A stretch of DNA of 64,000 nucleotides from a virus: positions 5,879 to 69,878 of the IMG/VR virus record IMGVR_UViG_3300035034_000207; one strand, 5' to 3'. The position numbers and the translations under genes are program-made. Shown here in pieces: positions 7,787-16,083 of the stretch (the first letter of the stretch is position 1; every line of letters begins with the position of its first letter). The notes under the pieces were generated by a model. It made no database searches and was not told where the DNA came from. It saw only the letters and a list, made by a program, of their open reading frames with translations.

Positions 7787-8879
7787 GAATTCGTTAATAT
7801 ATTCTACAAGATCTTTAACTGGTAAATTCGTTCAAAGCTTACTTCAGTGTATGAAAGTTGTTGAAACATGTTCTAACAATATAGATATATGTATGACTAC
7901 TAAAGAATTTTCTACAATAGATAAAATCAGAATAGAATCATGTTTACCAGATCTAAATCCTATTCACTTATACTTTGATTATTATTTTAAAGAAGTTAAT
8001 CCACATAAAGGATATTGGGAAGATATCTATAATGAAATAGATATCGAATGTTTTAAGAAATATGACGCTATCTTTATCTACGGCGGTATTCTATCTAGCG
8101 CTTCTAATATATTTCGTGGAACAAAAAGAACTATATTATTCCCAACAAACAATGATAGATTCCAGATCAACTTTGTGTCTGTTGGTATACATTTAACTCA
8201 CCTCTTAGGTTGTATTAAAGCATCTAAAGAATTGGGCATACCTTTATACGAAATTGTCTACGATACACAAGAAGCTTCTATTGGTGATTTTCATTCTGAT
8301 TATGTTCCAGAAAAATATCAGAAGATTCATAACTATGATATTGAAGATTATAAGATGAAACGCGTTGATATGTTACAATATTTTTATGACACTGAAGATC
8401 ATATGTTTTTTGAAGGCGAAACAGATCTATCACAGAAGATATATGATTTTACGTTTGGATACACTATTATAACTAAAAACAGAGCAGAAGCTCAGGATTC
8501 ATATGATAATATTTTTAGTAAATTTAAGAAGACTAATATATTTGCTCATAATAAACTAGAAAAGACATCCAATTTTGTTGACAGAGATACGTATCTTAGA
8601 TATATTAAACATTCGAAATACACGTTAGTAATACCTCCGTATGATAAGAAATCTATTTCAGTGTTTAGAATCATAGAATCTATAAAGAATAATTGTATAC
8701 CACTTATTCACCCAGATTGTACTATTTCTGACATTGAAAAGTCATATGATGTAAGTTTCAATGATTTAATTATTGATGATAGTTGGGAAGTATTCTCAGA
8801 TAGTAAATACGCTAAAGTATTGGAATACCTTAAAGATAAATTTTTACCATTTAGAATTGGATTTGATAAAATAACATGA
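7779..8879 (+). CDS. GT-B glycosyltransferase, resembling the RB69-type arabinosyltransferase (Aat-like)
   Basis: YLRYIKHSKYTLVIPPYD...VFRIIESI...CIPL donor-binding region; family assignment from recalled similarity only. Confidence 0.65.
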   Translation: MYKNSLIYSTRSLTGKFVQSLLQCMKVVETCSNNIDICMTTKEFSTIDKIRIESCLPDLNPIHLYFDYYFKEVNPHKGYWEDIYNEIDIECFKKYDAIFIYGGILSSASNIFRGTKRTILFPTNNDRFQINFVSVGIHLTHLLGCIKASKELGIPLYEIVYDTQEASIGDFHSDYVPEKYQKIHNYDIEDYKMKRVDMLQYFYDTEDHMFFEGETDLSQKIYDFTFGYTIITKNRAEAQDSYDNIFSKFKKTNIFAHNKLEKTSNFVDRDTYLRYIKHSKYTLVIPPYDKKSISVFRIIESIKNNCIPLIHPDCTISDIEKSYDVSFNDLIIDDSWEVFSDSKYAKVLEYLKDKFLPFRIGFDKIT

Positions 8880-10105
8880 AACATATAGCCTTCGCAAAAA
8901 TTGGTAAATCTATTAAGTTTAAGACAGCGTTCTCTCCTATTGGCGGCGATAACGAGCCAGGATCTATGTTAAGAATTCTTGCTAACAATAATCCAGATAA
9001 AACTTTCTATTTAATTGGTAAGTCAGATTTTAGGAAACTATCATATGATGATCGCATTACGTTATTTCCATATGATAATGTAGTTGATGTTCTAACTGGG
9101 TATAAAAACGAAAACCGTGATTATCTAAAGAATAAGCTTGCTTCTATGAATATAACTATTGACTATTCTATTTTCATGATTGGTCAGATCGGTACTGTTA
9201 CTATTCCAAATAGAATTGAACAAATTAAGGACAGATCGCTAACTGCTTCAGTAATTGAGATGACCTTAGGATATTCTACACCAATTATTGAATGGATAAA
9301 TTCTGAGAAGGTTCCATTCATTGAAATAGTTAACGATCCTAGATATACTTTAGCTCAAAGCCGGGATATAATTGAAAACCCAGTTAAGACTCTGTCTCAG
9401 TTTACAGGAACATATGAGAAGAAGACAATACGATCATACGAAGACCAGACACGAGAGAACCACACTATAAATACTAAGTACGCTGAAATGGAAAAGATCT
9501 TTCTTTATGATAGAAAATTCCCAATTAATATTGATAAAAATACTAATTTTGTAATGATTCTAAACGAAGGACACCCTTCAAGATTCCAACAAGTTAAAGA
9601 ATGGATCCTAGATAATATTGAACATGCCAATATCTATGGCAAATGGGAACATCCTTTATCTTTACCTTACAATAATTTTAAAGGTACAATACAAATTGAA
9701 CATGCACAAAGACTATTGACAAGTGTGAAGTATACGTTTATAATACCAATATTAAAAGGTTGGGCTACATCAAAATATATTGAAATGATTCAAGCAGGCG
9801 TTATACCATTCTTTCATCCTGACTACGCCAGCGAAGTTCCTGAAGTATTAAAAAGAATACCAGAGTTTCTAATATGTAAGAAGCCTGAAGATCTTGGTAA
9901 AAAAATTAAATTCTTAAATGATAGTGATGAACTACGTGAAAAGATTTTGGCACTACTACAAAAAGAATTTCTAACAGATGATATGTATGATGGGACTAAA
10001 CTAAATGATATTGTAATGTCTTCTATTAATAGCGATTATGTACAAGTTAATAAAGGTGATTATAAGAAACTAGAAACAAACTTATTAGATGGGTTATTTA
10101 AATAA
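8876..10105 (+). CDS. DNA beta-glucosyltransferase-like GT-B enzyme
   Basis: NDPRY.LAQS (T4 BGT TDIRLPFSQS, catalytic Asp), PVKTLSQ, FKGTI, TSKYIEM, SDELREKIL are colinear with recalled T4 BGT segments. Confidence 0.75.
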   Translation: MKHIAFAKIGKSIKFKTAFSPIGGDNEPGSMLRILANNNPDKTFYLIGKSDFRKLSYDDRITLFPYDNVVDVLTGYKNENRDYLKNKLASMNITIDYSIFMIGQIGTVTIPNRIEQIKDRSLTASVIEMTLGYSTPIIEWINSEKVPFIEIVNDPRYTLAQSRDIIENPVKTLSQFTGTYEKKTIRSYEDQTRENHTINTKYAEMEKIFLYDRKFPINIDKNTNFVMILNEGHPSRFQQVKEWILDNIEHANIYGKWEHPLSLPYNNFKGTIQIEHAQRLLTSVKYTFIIPILKGWATSKYIEMIQAGVIPFFHPDYASEVPEVLKRIPEFLICKKPEDLGKKIKFLNDSDELREKILALLQKEFLTDDMYDGTKLNDIVMSSINSDYVQVNKGDYKKLETNLLDGLFK

Positions 10106-10106
10106 T

Positions 10107-11363
10107 ATGAAAAGTACTAAAGATATAACATGGTCTGCATTGATTCCTCTTATTGGAGGATTTCCGTTAGGTGCTGAAGCTGAGCTAAATAAACCACCCG
10201 AGCAAATAATTGGTTACGGTTTTCCGCATGATAATCAATACATACACTATCAGGAAGAAGTTCTTGGAAGGAAAATGGATAAGGTTGTTCTAAATGAAGA
10301 AGGTGTTGTTATATCAGGTAATGCTCTAAAACATGTTAATATTATTGTAGCAACACCTCCATGTTCGGCTTTGTCATCTTTAAATTGTGGTAAATGCAAT
10401 TCTGTTAAAGGCGCGACCGCGGAATCTACAAAGTGGATGGATTATGCTCTACGCGAATCGTTGGGAACAATCAAATGTGATGTTTTCATGTTAGAAAATG
10501 CGCCAGCACTTGCTTCTAATAAAGGGGCTGAAATGGCGAAAAGATTATCTGAGACAGCTAATCAATATGGTTATTCGTCTGGTTATTATAAAACAAGTAC
10601 AAAACACCATGGTATACCACAAAACAGACAACGAACGTTCTTTTTTGCGTGGAAATCTGATAGAGCTCCAGAACTGCCATGGGTTCGTAAACCTAGAGAA
10701 AACTTTAAGACGTTTCTAGAAAATATACCTAGCGATCTAACACAACAAGATCTTATCATAAACACGAAAGTAACATCTGAACCATATTATATATACATGA
10801 AAGATAAACTTAATCTTGATGTTAGATCGGCAATGATAGAATCAGGATTAAAGACAACGTTACAATATGTTATGAAACGCGATGATATTGAAAAGGCGTT
10901 AGCTTATTTTAACGAAACAAATAACGAACTTGGTATTAAACTAGCCAGTCATGTAATTAAAAAGAAAGCTATGGGTCTTGGTGTTTGGGATGGATCTGTT
11001 CATGTTTTTGACGATACTATGAATGCGCTGATTGGTAGAAACATGAATGATACAATTCACCCAAGTCATGATAGATCGTTGAATGTTCGTGAAGCGCTTT
11101 GTCTGATGGGCTTTCCTGAAGACTTTGAACTACAAGGTGGTCTGAAGAATACAAACATGATAGCTCAGAACGTTCCTGCTTGTACTGCAGCCGACATGGT
11201 CATGTTTGCTTGTATGTTTATTAACAGAGAACTTCAAACGTCAAATTCAAATGTTATTTTCCAGAATAATGAAAACAAAAAACATTTACCTGTTACGTTT
11301 AAAAGCGATATAATAGCGGTCGATGAATTAGCTTCTCCCATGGAAGAATTATTTACAAAATAG
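10107..11363 (+). CDS. C5-cytosine DNA methyltransferase-fold protein with atypical cofactor motifs
   Basis: Motif IV TPPC, VI LENAP, VIII PQNRQR, IX RSLNVREALCLMGFPEDF intact; motif I is IPLIGG and motif X is IAQNVP. Confidence 0.85.
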   Translation: MKSTKDITWSALIPLIGGFPLGAEAELNKPPEQIIGYGFPHDNQYIHYQEEVLGRKMDKVVLNEEGVVISGNALKHVNIIVATPPCSALSSLNCGKCNSVKGATAESTKWMDYALRESLGTIKCDVFMLENAPALASNKGAEMAKRLSETANQYGYSSGYYKTSTKHHGIPQNRQRTFFFAWKSDRAPELPWVRKPRENFKTFLENIPSDLTQQDLIINTKVTSEPYYIYMKDKLNLDVRSAMIESGLKTTLQYVMKRDDIEKALAYFNETNNELGIKLASHVIKKKAMGLGVWDGSVHVFDDTMNALIGRNMNDTIHPSHDRSLNVREALCLMGFPEDFELQGGLKNTNMIAQNVPACTAADMVMFACMFINRELQTSNSNVIFQNNENKKHLPVTFKSDIIAVDELASPMEELFTK

Positions 11364-11377
11364 AAAGAAATAAAAAT

Positions 11378-11905
11378 ATGTCAGAATTTAATGAATGTGC
11401 AGATCTTCTAAAAGAAGATGATGTTTCTAAATTTAAAACTCTATATAAAACAATGTTAGATAAGGGTGTTAATCCACTTGACGAAATGTTTAAGATGCAA
11501 AACTCTCTACAAGAAGCTCTTGGTTCTAAGTTTCCTGAACGTTGTAAACCACCAAAAGCTATACAAACAAAAGGAGAACTAACAGATTTTCTAAAAGATC
11601 AAAAATCCGCTATTGATGATGAGTTTCGTGAATTGTTTGAAGCAGTTGTTGGTATGTCTAGAGATTCATCTATTCGATCTGCAAACTGGAAGAAATGGAA
11701 ATCTAAATACGATGATATTAGATCAGAGAAAACAAATGAAAACTTAACAAGTAACGACGTAGCCGAACGTTCATTTGAAGCTATTGACATTTTCCATTTT
11801 GTTATTAATTTATACCTTGGCTTAGACATTGACGCTGAGATGTTATTTGTCATGTATTGTATTAAAAATAAAGAGAATTTTGATAGACAAGACAGAGGAT
11901 ACTAA
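11378..11905 (+). CDS. 56: dCTP/dUTP pyrophosphatase (T4 gp56-like)
   Basis: FNECA.L N-terminus, IDDEFREL, WKKWK, FE.IDIFHF, KN..NF.RQD.GY. Confidence 0.92.
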   Translation: MSEFNECADLLKEDDVSKFKTLYKTMLDKGVNPLDEMFKMQNSLQEALGSKFPERCKPPKAIQTKGELTDFLKDQKSAIDDEFRELFEAVVGMSRDSSIRSANWKKWKSKYDDIRSEKTNENLTSNDVAERSFEAIDIFHFVINLYLGLDIDAEMLFVMYCIKNKENFDRQDRGY

Positions 11906-11908
11906 TAT

Positions 11909-12526
11909 ATGTCATATTCAGTCGGTGAAGACAACCTACTACAGAGTTCGTGCAATTATGTTGAACAAATAGACCACGACCTTAAGAAATATTCTCAGGG
12001 TAGAAATATATGCGACTATGTTGTTATACATTACACAGCGGGTGGGTCCAAAACTTCAGCCTTAAATAGTTTCAAAAATCCCAACACACAAGCGTCGTGG
12101 CACCTAACAATTGATAGAGAAGGCGGCGTGTCCCAGCTATATGATTTTAGAAAAATTGCATGGCATGCTGGAAGATCAGAATATATTCGTAGAGATTTGA
12201 TGAGAATAAATGGATTAAACAAATGGGCAATTGGTATTGAATTAATTGCTTGGGGTCAACTAACAAAAAAGAACGAAGTTTACTATTCGTGGGCAGGCAC
12301 AAAGGTTCCAGCTGAAGAAGTTTATATTGATTCGGCTGGCGTTCCGTTTCATACAATCACAGAAAAACAGATTAAAACATGCAGCGAAATAGTTCCAGCA
12401 TTGTTTAAGAAGTATAATTGTGTAGATGTTGTTGGTCACTGTGAAATATCACCAGGTAGAAAGACAGACCCAGCTGAACAAGGGATGAAAAGAATTGTGT
12501 TTCCACTAAGAAAACAGTTGACATAG
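11909..12526 (+). CDS. N-acetylmuramoyl-L-alanine amidase (Amidase_2), probable endolysin
   Basis: VIHYTA, ASWH, AWHAG.S, IGIE, GH..ISPGRK.DP motifs. Confidence 0.88.
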   Translation: MSYSVGEDNLLQSSCNYVEQIDHDLKKYSQGRNICDYVVIHYTAGGSKTSALNSFKNPNTQASWHLTIDREGGVSQLYDFRKIAWHAGRSEYIRRDLMRINGLNKWAIGIELIAWGQLTKKNEVYYSWAGTKVPAEEVYIDSAGVPFHTITEKQIKTCSEIVPALFKKYNCVDVVGHCEISPGRKTDPAEQGMKRIVFPLRKQLT

Positions 12527-12546
12527 TCTTGTAGATGTTGTATTAT
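12518..12546 (+). promoter_or_regulatory. early promoter
   Basis: TTGACA-17 nt-TATTAT. Confidence 0.75.
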
Positions 12547-12588
12547 ATCTAATTGAAATTAATAAACAATAAACTTGAGGAATATATC

Positions 12589-12678
12589 ATGGGTTATTAT
12601 ACAAATCACGAAGGCATTGCAACAGGATTCAAAGACCAAACAGAAGCTGAGTTTTTCGAATTTAAAGAGATTGTGTAA
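12589..12678 (+). CDS. 29-aa early peptide MGYYTNHEGIATGFKDQTEAEFFEFKEIV
   Basis: Directly behind the early promoter; RBS region TTGAGGAATATATCATG identical to that of the 2131 gene. Confidence 0.55.
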   Translation: MGYYTNHEGIATGFKDQTEAEFFEFKEIV

Positions 12679-12786
12679 TTTAAATGAGTATAGTAAGATG
12701 TGAACATTGCGATAGATATATTGACTTGGATTATATTGATTCATGTGATGACGACGATAACACAACATGTGCTATAAGCATATATA

Positions 12787-13518
12787 ATGGAAGCGTTAAT
12801 GAGACAAAATAAAATATTATTTCCAAGGATAGTTGATTATAGAATACTATTTGATGATAACACATTCCCAGATCTCCTTTGTGAAACTCTAGAAACTGGT
12901 AGAACATATCAGAATCCTAGTGGTAATAAATATCCATCTATAACAACTGTTCTCGGCCAATCTAAAACAGATGAAGACATGGCTGGTATTCAACGTTGGC
13001 GAGATTCTGTTGGTCATGAAGAAGCTGATAGAATCTTTAAAGAAGCTGGTAAACGCGGGACAGCTTTGCATGATCTGTGCGAGAATTTCATAAAGGATTA
13101 CAACAATTTTAAAGAACCTAAAAAACTTACACGAGACTATTATTTGTTCAAACAAGTTTATCCTTATTTGGAGCATGTTAATGATGTTCTAGGTATTGAG
13201 GCTGCCATGTATTCTAATACTTTAAAGGTAGCAGGTAAGACAGACTTAATAGCATCATATAAATCAACAAGATCTATCATAGACTTTAAGACATCTAGAA
13301 AACGTAAAGACTACTGGATGATACAAGACTACTTTATTCAAATGTGCGCGTATGGTTTGATGTATGCTGATATGTTTAAAGTTCCAATTACACAAGGCGT
13401 TATTCTAATGGCCATGGATGATAATAAACAAAGTCCTGGCGACGAATTCATAGTAGATTTACGTGATTATATTAAACCTCTTCTAGAAAGAGTTAGAGTG
13501 TTCTATGCCAAATACTGA
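12787..13518 (+). CDS. Cas4-like / PD-(D/E)XK exonuclease
   Basis: YPSITTVL, RGTALH..CE, AGKTD, IIDFKTS, YFIQMCAY motifs. Confidence 0.85.
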   Translation: MEALMRQNKILFPRIVDYRILFDDNTFPDLLCETLETGRTYQNPSGNKYPSITTVLGQSKTDEDMAGIQRWRDSVGHEEADRIFKEAGKRGTALHDLCENFIKDYNNFKEPKKLTRDYYLFKQVYPYLEHVNDVLGIEAAMYSNTLKVAGKTDLIASYKSTRSIIDFKTSRKRKDYWMIQDYFIQMCAYGLMYADMFKVPITQGVILMAMDDNKQSPGDEFIVDLRDYIKPLLERVRVFYAKY

Positions 13519-13660
13519 ATATATTAAACAACTTAATGTTATTATACAGAATTATGAAAATAAAATTCGCGAATTAAAAACCACAATAGGATATAAAGAG
13601 TTTGAAATTGGTAAACTTAGAAAACAAGTTAGTGTGTTAAAACAAACATTAACTTGTTAA
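13505..13660 (+). CDS. small coiled-coil protein (51 aa)
   Basis: MPNTEYIKQLNVIIQNYENKIRELK...; fills the gap between two genes; not in ORF track. Confidence 0.5.
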   Translation: MPNTEYIKQLNVIIQNYENKIRELKTTIGYKEFEIGKLRKQVSVLKQTLTC

Positions 13661-13703
13661 CCGGGTGTAGAAAAGATAAAAACCACAACAAAAAGAAAAA
13701 CAA

Positions 13704-14234
13704 ATGACAGATATAATGGCAGACATTGAGACACTTGGTAAGAAGCCGGGCTGTATAGTATTATCAATCGGCGCAAGCACGTTTGATCCTTATGATGAAT
13801 ATGAATCAAACGATTTCTACGTTAATATATGTCCATACGACAGTATGAAGCTTGGATTTACTACAGACCCAGATACAATAAAATGGTGGTCTAAACAATC
13901 AAAAGAATCCAAAGAACAACTAAAAGATAATAGAAAATCTGTATATGATTCTGTTAAAGAGTTTCATACGTGGTTTAAAGACGTTAAGGGTGAAAAGCTA
14001 TGGTGTCAGGGTATAAATTTTGATGAACCAATTATGAATGAGTTGTTTGTACGTATGGATATTCCTATTCCATGGAAATTTTGGAATGTTAGGGATACTA
14101 GGACTGTATATGATGTTTGTAATTTTGATGCTAGATCTGAACCACGTGGTGGAACATATCACAATGCGTTGGATGATTCCAAACATCAGATTAAATGTTT
14201 ACGTAAAGCTTTAAGTTTTGAAGGAGTAGAATAG
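13704..14234 (+). CDS. DEDDh 3'-5' exonuclease (DexA/Rv2179c-like)
   Basis: DIETLG, TIKWWSKQ, W..G..FD, RDTRT, HNALDD motifs. Confidence 0.85.
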   Translation: MTDIMADIETLGKKPGCIVLSIGASTFDPYDEYESNDFYVNICPYDSMKLGFTTDPDTIKWWSKQSKESKEQLKDNRKSVYDSVKEFHTWFKDVKGEKLWCQGINFDEPIMNELFVRMDIPIPWKFWNVRDTRTVYDVCNFDARSEPRGGTYHNALDDSKHQIKCLRKALSFEGVE

Positions 14235-14236
14235 AA

Positions 14237-14429
14237 ATGATTGTTATAAATGTATTATGGTGTTTTACCATTGTGTTGCTTGGAGCTCTAGTAGTAAGCT
14301 TGTTTGTTCCTATTATGGTTGGTGAGCCCGATCGTGCTGTTTTGTGTCGTTTTAATGAGTCTGACTGCCGTGGCTGGCACAGCACTTGAAGCGTATTTTG
14401 TTGAAATGGGTTGGAGACAAAAGAAGTAA
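14237..14429 (+). pseudogene. small membrane protein apparently split by a 1-nt frameshift
   Basis: Hydrophobic frame MIVINVLWCFTIVLLGALVV continues as ACLFLLWLVSPIVLFCVVLM...WRQKK* if one A at 14296-14297 is removed. Confidence 0.4.
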
Positions 14430-14432
14430 TAC

Positions 14433-14490
14433 AAAAAAAAAATTGGTTGCACAATATATTACTAATCAATACCGTGCAACCAATTTATAT
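14433..14490. terminator. hairpin terminator between convergent units
   Basis: AAATTGGTTGCAC(14440-52)/GTGCAACCAATTT(14474-86) perfect 13-bp inverted repeat with an A-run on the left. Confidence 0.7.
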
Positions 14491-14491
14491 A

Positions 14492-14626
14492 TTAGTCTTC
14501 TAACATTTTACGTAACTTATTCAAATCAGCAGATAGTTTACGCATATGTCTTTTAGTTCTTTCATGTGATTTTTTTACATCTTCAGACATAGTTAATATA
14601 GCCGACGCTTGTGTTTTATTTTTCAT
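14492..14626 (-). CDS. 44-aa hypothetical protein
   Basis: MKNKTQASAILTMSEDVKKSHERTKRHMRKLSADLNKLRKMLED*; not in ORF track. Confidence 0.5.
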   Translation of the reverse strand: MKNKTQASAILTMSEDVKKSHERTKRHMRKLSADLNKLRKMLED

Positions 14627-14641
14627 AATTTTATCTTTCTA

Positions 14642-14788
14642 TTAGAAGTTTAAGTTGTTGTAGTCGTTTAACATAGAAATAGCAATCATTTTCGAATTTG
14701 TTATATCTACGATCTGTTGTGAGATTGTATCTATAATACAAATACTTCCTGATGCTAGTTCCCTTTCTAATCTATACCTTTTACACAT
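14642..14788 (-). CDS. 48-aa hypothetical protein
   Basis: MCKRYRLERELASGSICIIDT...; AAGGAG RBS; not in ORF track. Confidence 0.55.
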   Translation of the reverse strand: MCKRYRLERELASGSICIIDTISQQIVDITNSKMIAISMLNDYNNLNF

Positions 14789-14956
14789 TTATCAACTCCT
14801 TTCAATTGTTGTTGTTATAATACAAACAATTGAAAAAGAAAAATGTTCTAAAAATAATTTAAAAAATATGCATTTTTATGATTTATTTTACTATAATAAC
14901 TTAAAACCTAATCTAGACATCAAATTACATGTTTATTAAATAAGAATAAATATAGA

Positions 14957-15568
14957 ATGGTTATGAACAAAGACGAATCGATACTACAACAGCTTGAACA
15001 AGCGGCAACTGCTCAAGGCATTCTTGATCATTCAAGGGAGTCTATTGACTGGTTTAGAAAGAAAGCTCTAAACGTTTCTAGATCAGCCGCAAGAGAATCG
15101 GTTCTAAAAGATCAACACAAACGTACACCGTCCAAAGCAAGAGATATGATAGGTCACATGTTTGTGTACGCCTATGATGCTAAACACAAAGACACGCTGC
15201 CATATTTTGACGCGCTCCCATTAATATTCATGATAGGCCCTACTACTAAAGGTGATTGGTGTGGAATAAATCTGCACTATATCCCGCCTCGTCTAAGAGC
15301 CGTTCTAATGGACAAACTAATGGATATAACAAACAATAAGCGATATAACAACACTACACGTATACAACTATCGTACGATCTACTTAATGCTTCTAAAGAT
15401 TTGAAATTTCTTAAGGCGGGTTATAAAGCATATCTAAGTTCGCAACTTCGTTCACGCATGTCACATATACCAGCAGGAGAATGGCGGTCAGCGTGTATGT
15501 TACCAATTGCAGACTTCCAAGGTTCCACCAACTCTAAGGTATGGAAAGACTCTTTGTCTAAGTTTTAA
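14957..15568 (+). CDS. 2: DNA end protector protein gp2
   Basis: S..WFR, YDAKHKDTLPYFD..PLI, GINLHYIPP..R motifs; AATAAATA late promoter at 14945. Confidence 0.9.
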   Translation: MVMNKDESILQQLEQAATAQGILDHSRESIDWFRKKALNVSRSAARESVLKDQHKRTPSKARDMIGHMFVYAYDAKHKDTLPYFDALPLIFMIGPTTKGDWCGINLHYIPPRLRAVLMDKLMDITNNKRYNNTTRIQLSYDLLNASKDLKFLKAGYKAYLSSQLRSRMSHIPAGEWRSACMLPIADFQGSTNSKVWKDSLSKF

Positions 15569-16058
15569 TAATAACAGCATCATCATCATCAACAATGGTT
15601 TTAAATACAATCATATCTTTGATGTCGTGTTCGCTAATGACAATGAATTTTTTACCAAGCTTTTCAGCATACAAAGTTGCGGCATCCCATTTGTTTTGGT
15701 TTTTAACATAAGTTAGAGACTCATTAAGATATCGCTTCTTTGCTTTCCAGTTATTGGTCTTAGATGGTTTTGGTGGTATACACTGTGAAGCTGGCTTATA
15801 TTCTATGATATGTTCAACTATCTTGCCAGACTTAGTTTTAAACTTAGTGTCAAAGTCAACAAAATATCTGTGTGGTTTCTGATCTACGTCATATAGATAT
15901 TGTACTACAGTAACCTCTGAACCCCATTCTAAACAATCTTTACACTGATCTAAGAAGGCCATTACTTGTCGCTCTTTAAGTGATCTATATATTATTTTTG
16001 TGTAGTCGCCACGATATTTAGATGGGTTTTTTGGTTTGAATTTTCCGCTGTACGCCAT
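15558..16058 (-). CDS. 4: head completion nuclease gp4 (TnsA-like)
   Basis: MAYSGKFKPKNPSKYRGD...YRS.KE, HRYFVDF, EYKP..Q, NQNKW.AA. Confidence 0.92.
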   Translation of the reverse strand: MAYSGKFKPKNPSKYRGDYTKIIYRSLKERQVMAFLDQCKDCLEWGSEVTVVQYLYDVDQKPHRYFVDFDTKFKTKSGKIVEHIIEYKPASQCIPPKPSKTNNWKAKKRYLNESLTYVKNQNKWDAATLYAEKLGKKFIVISEHDIKDMIVFKTIVDDDDAVIIKT

Positions 16059-16063
16059 GTTAA

Positions 16064-16078
16064 TATTTATAATAAATA
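16064..16078. promoter_or_regulatory. back-to-back late promoters
   Basis: TATAAATA (minus, 16064-71) and AATAAATA (plus, 16071-78) between divergent genes 4 and 48. Confidence 0.7.
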
Positions 16079-16083
16079 CATAT

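Noticed and set aside
12787-13518. Cas4-like nuclease as evidence of a CRISPR system
   Set aside because: No repeat-spacer array or other cas genes seen; solo Cas4-like exonucleases are common in T4-like phages
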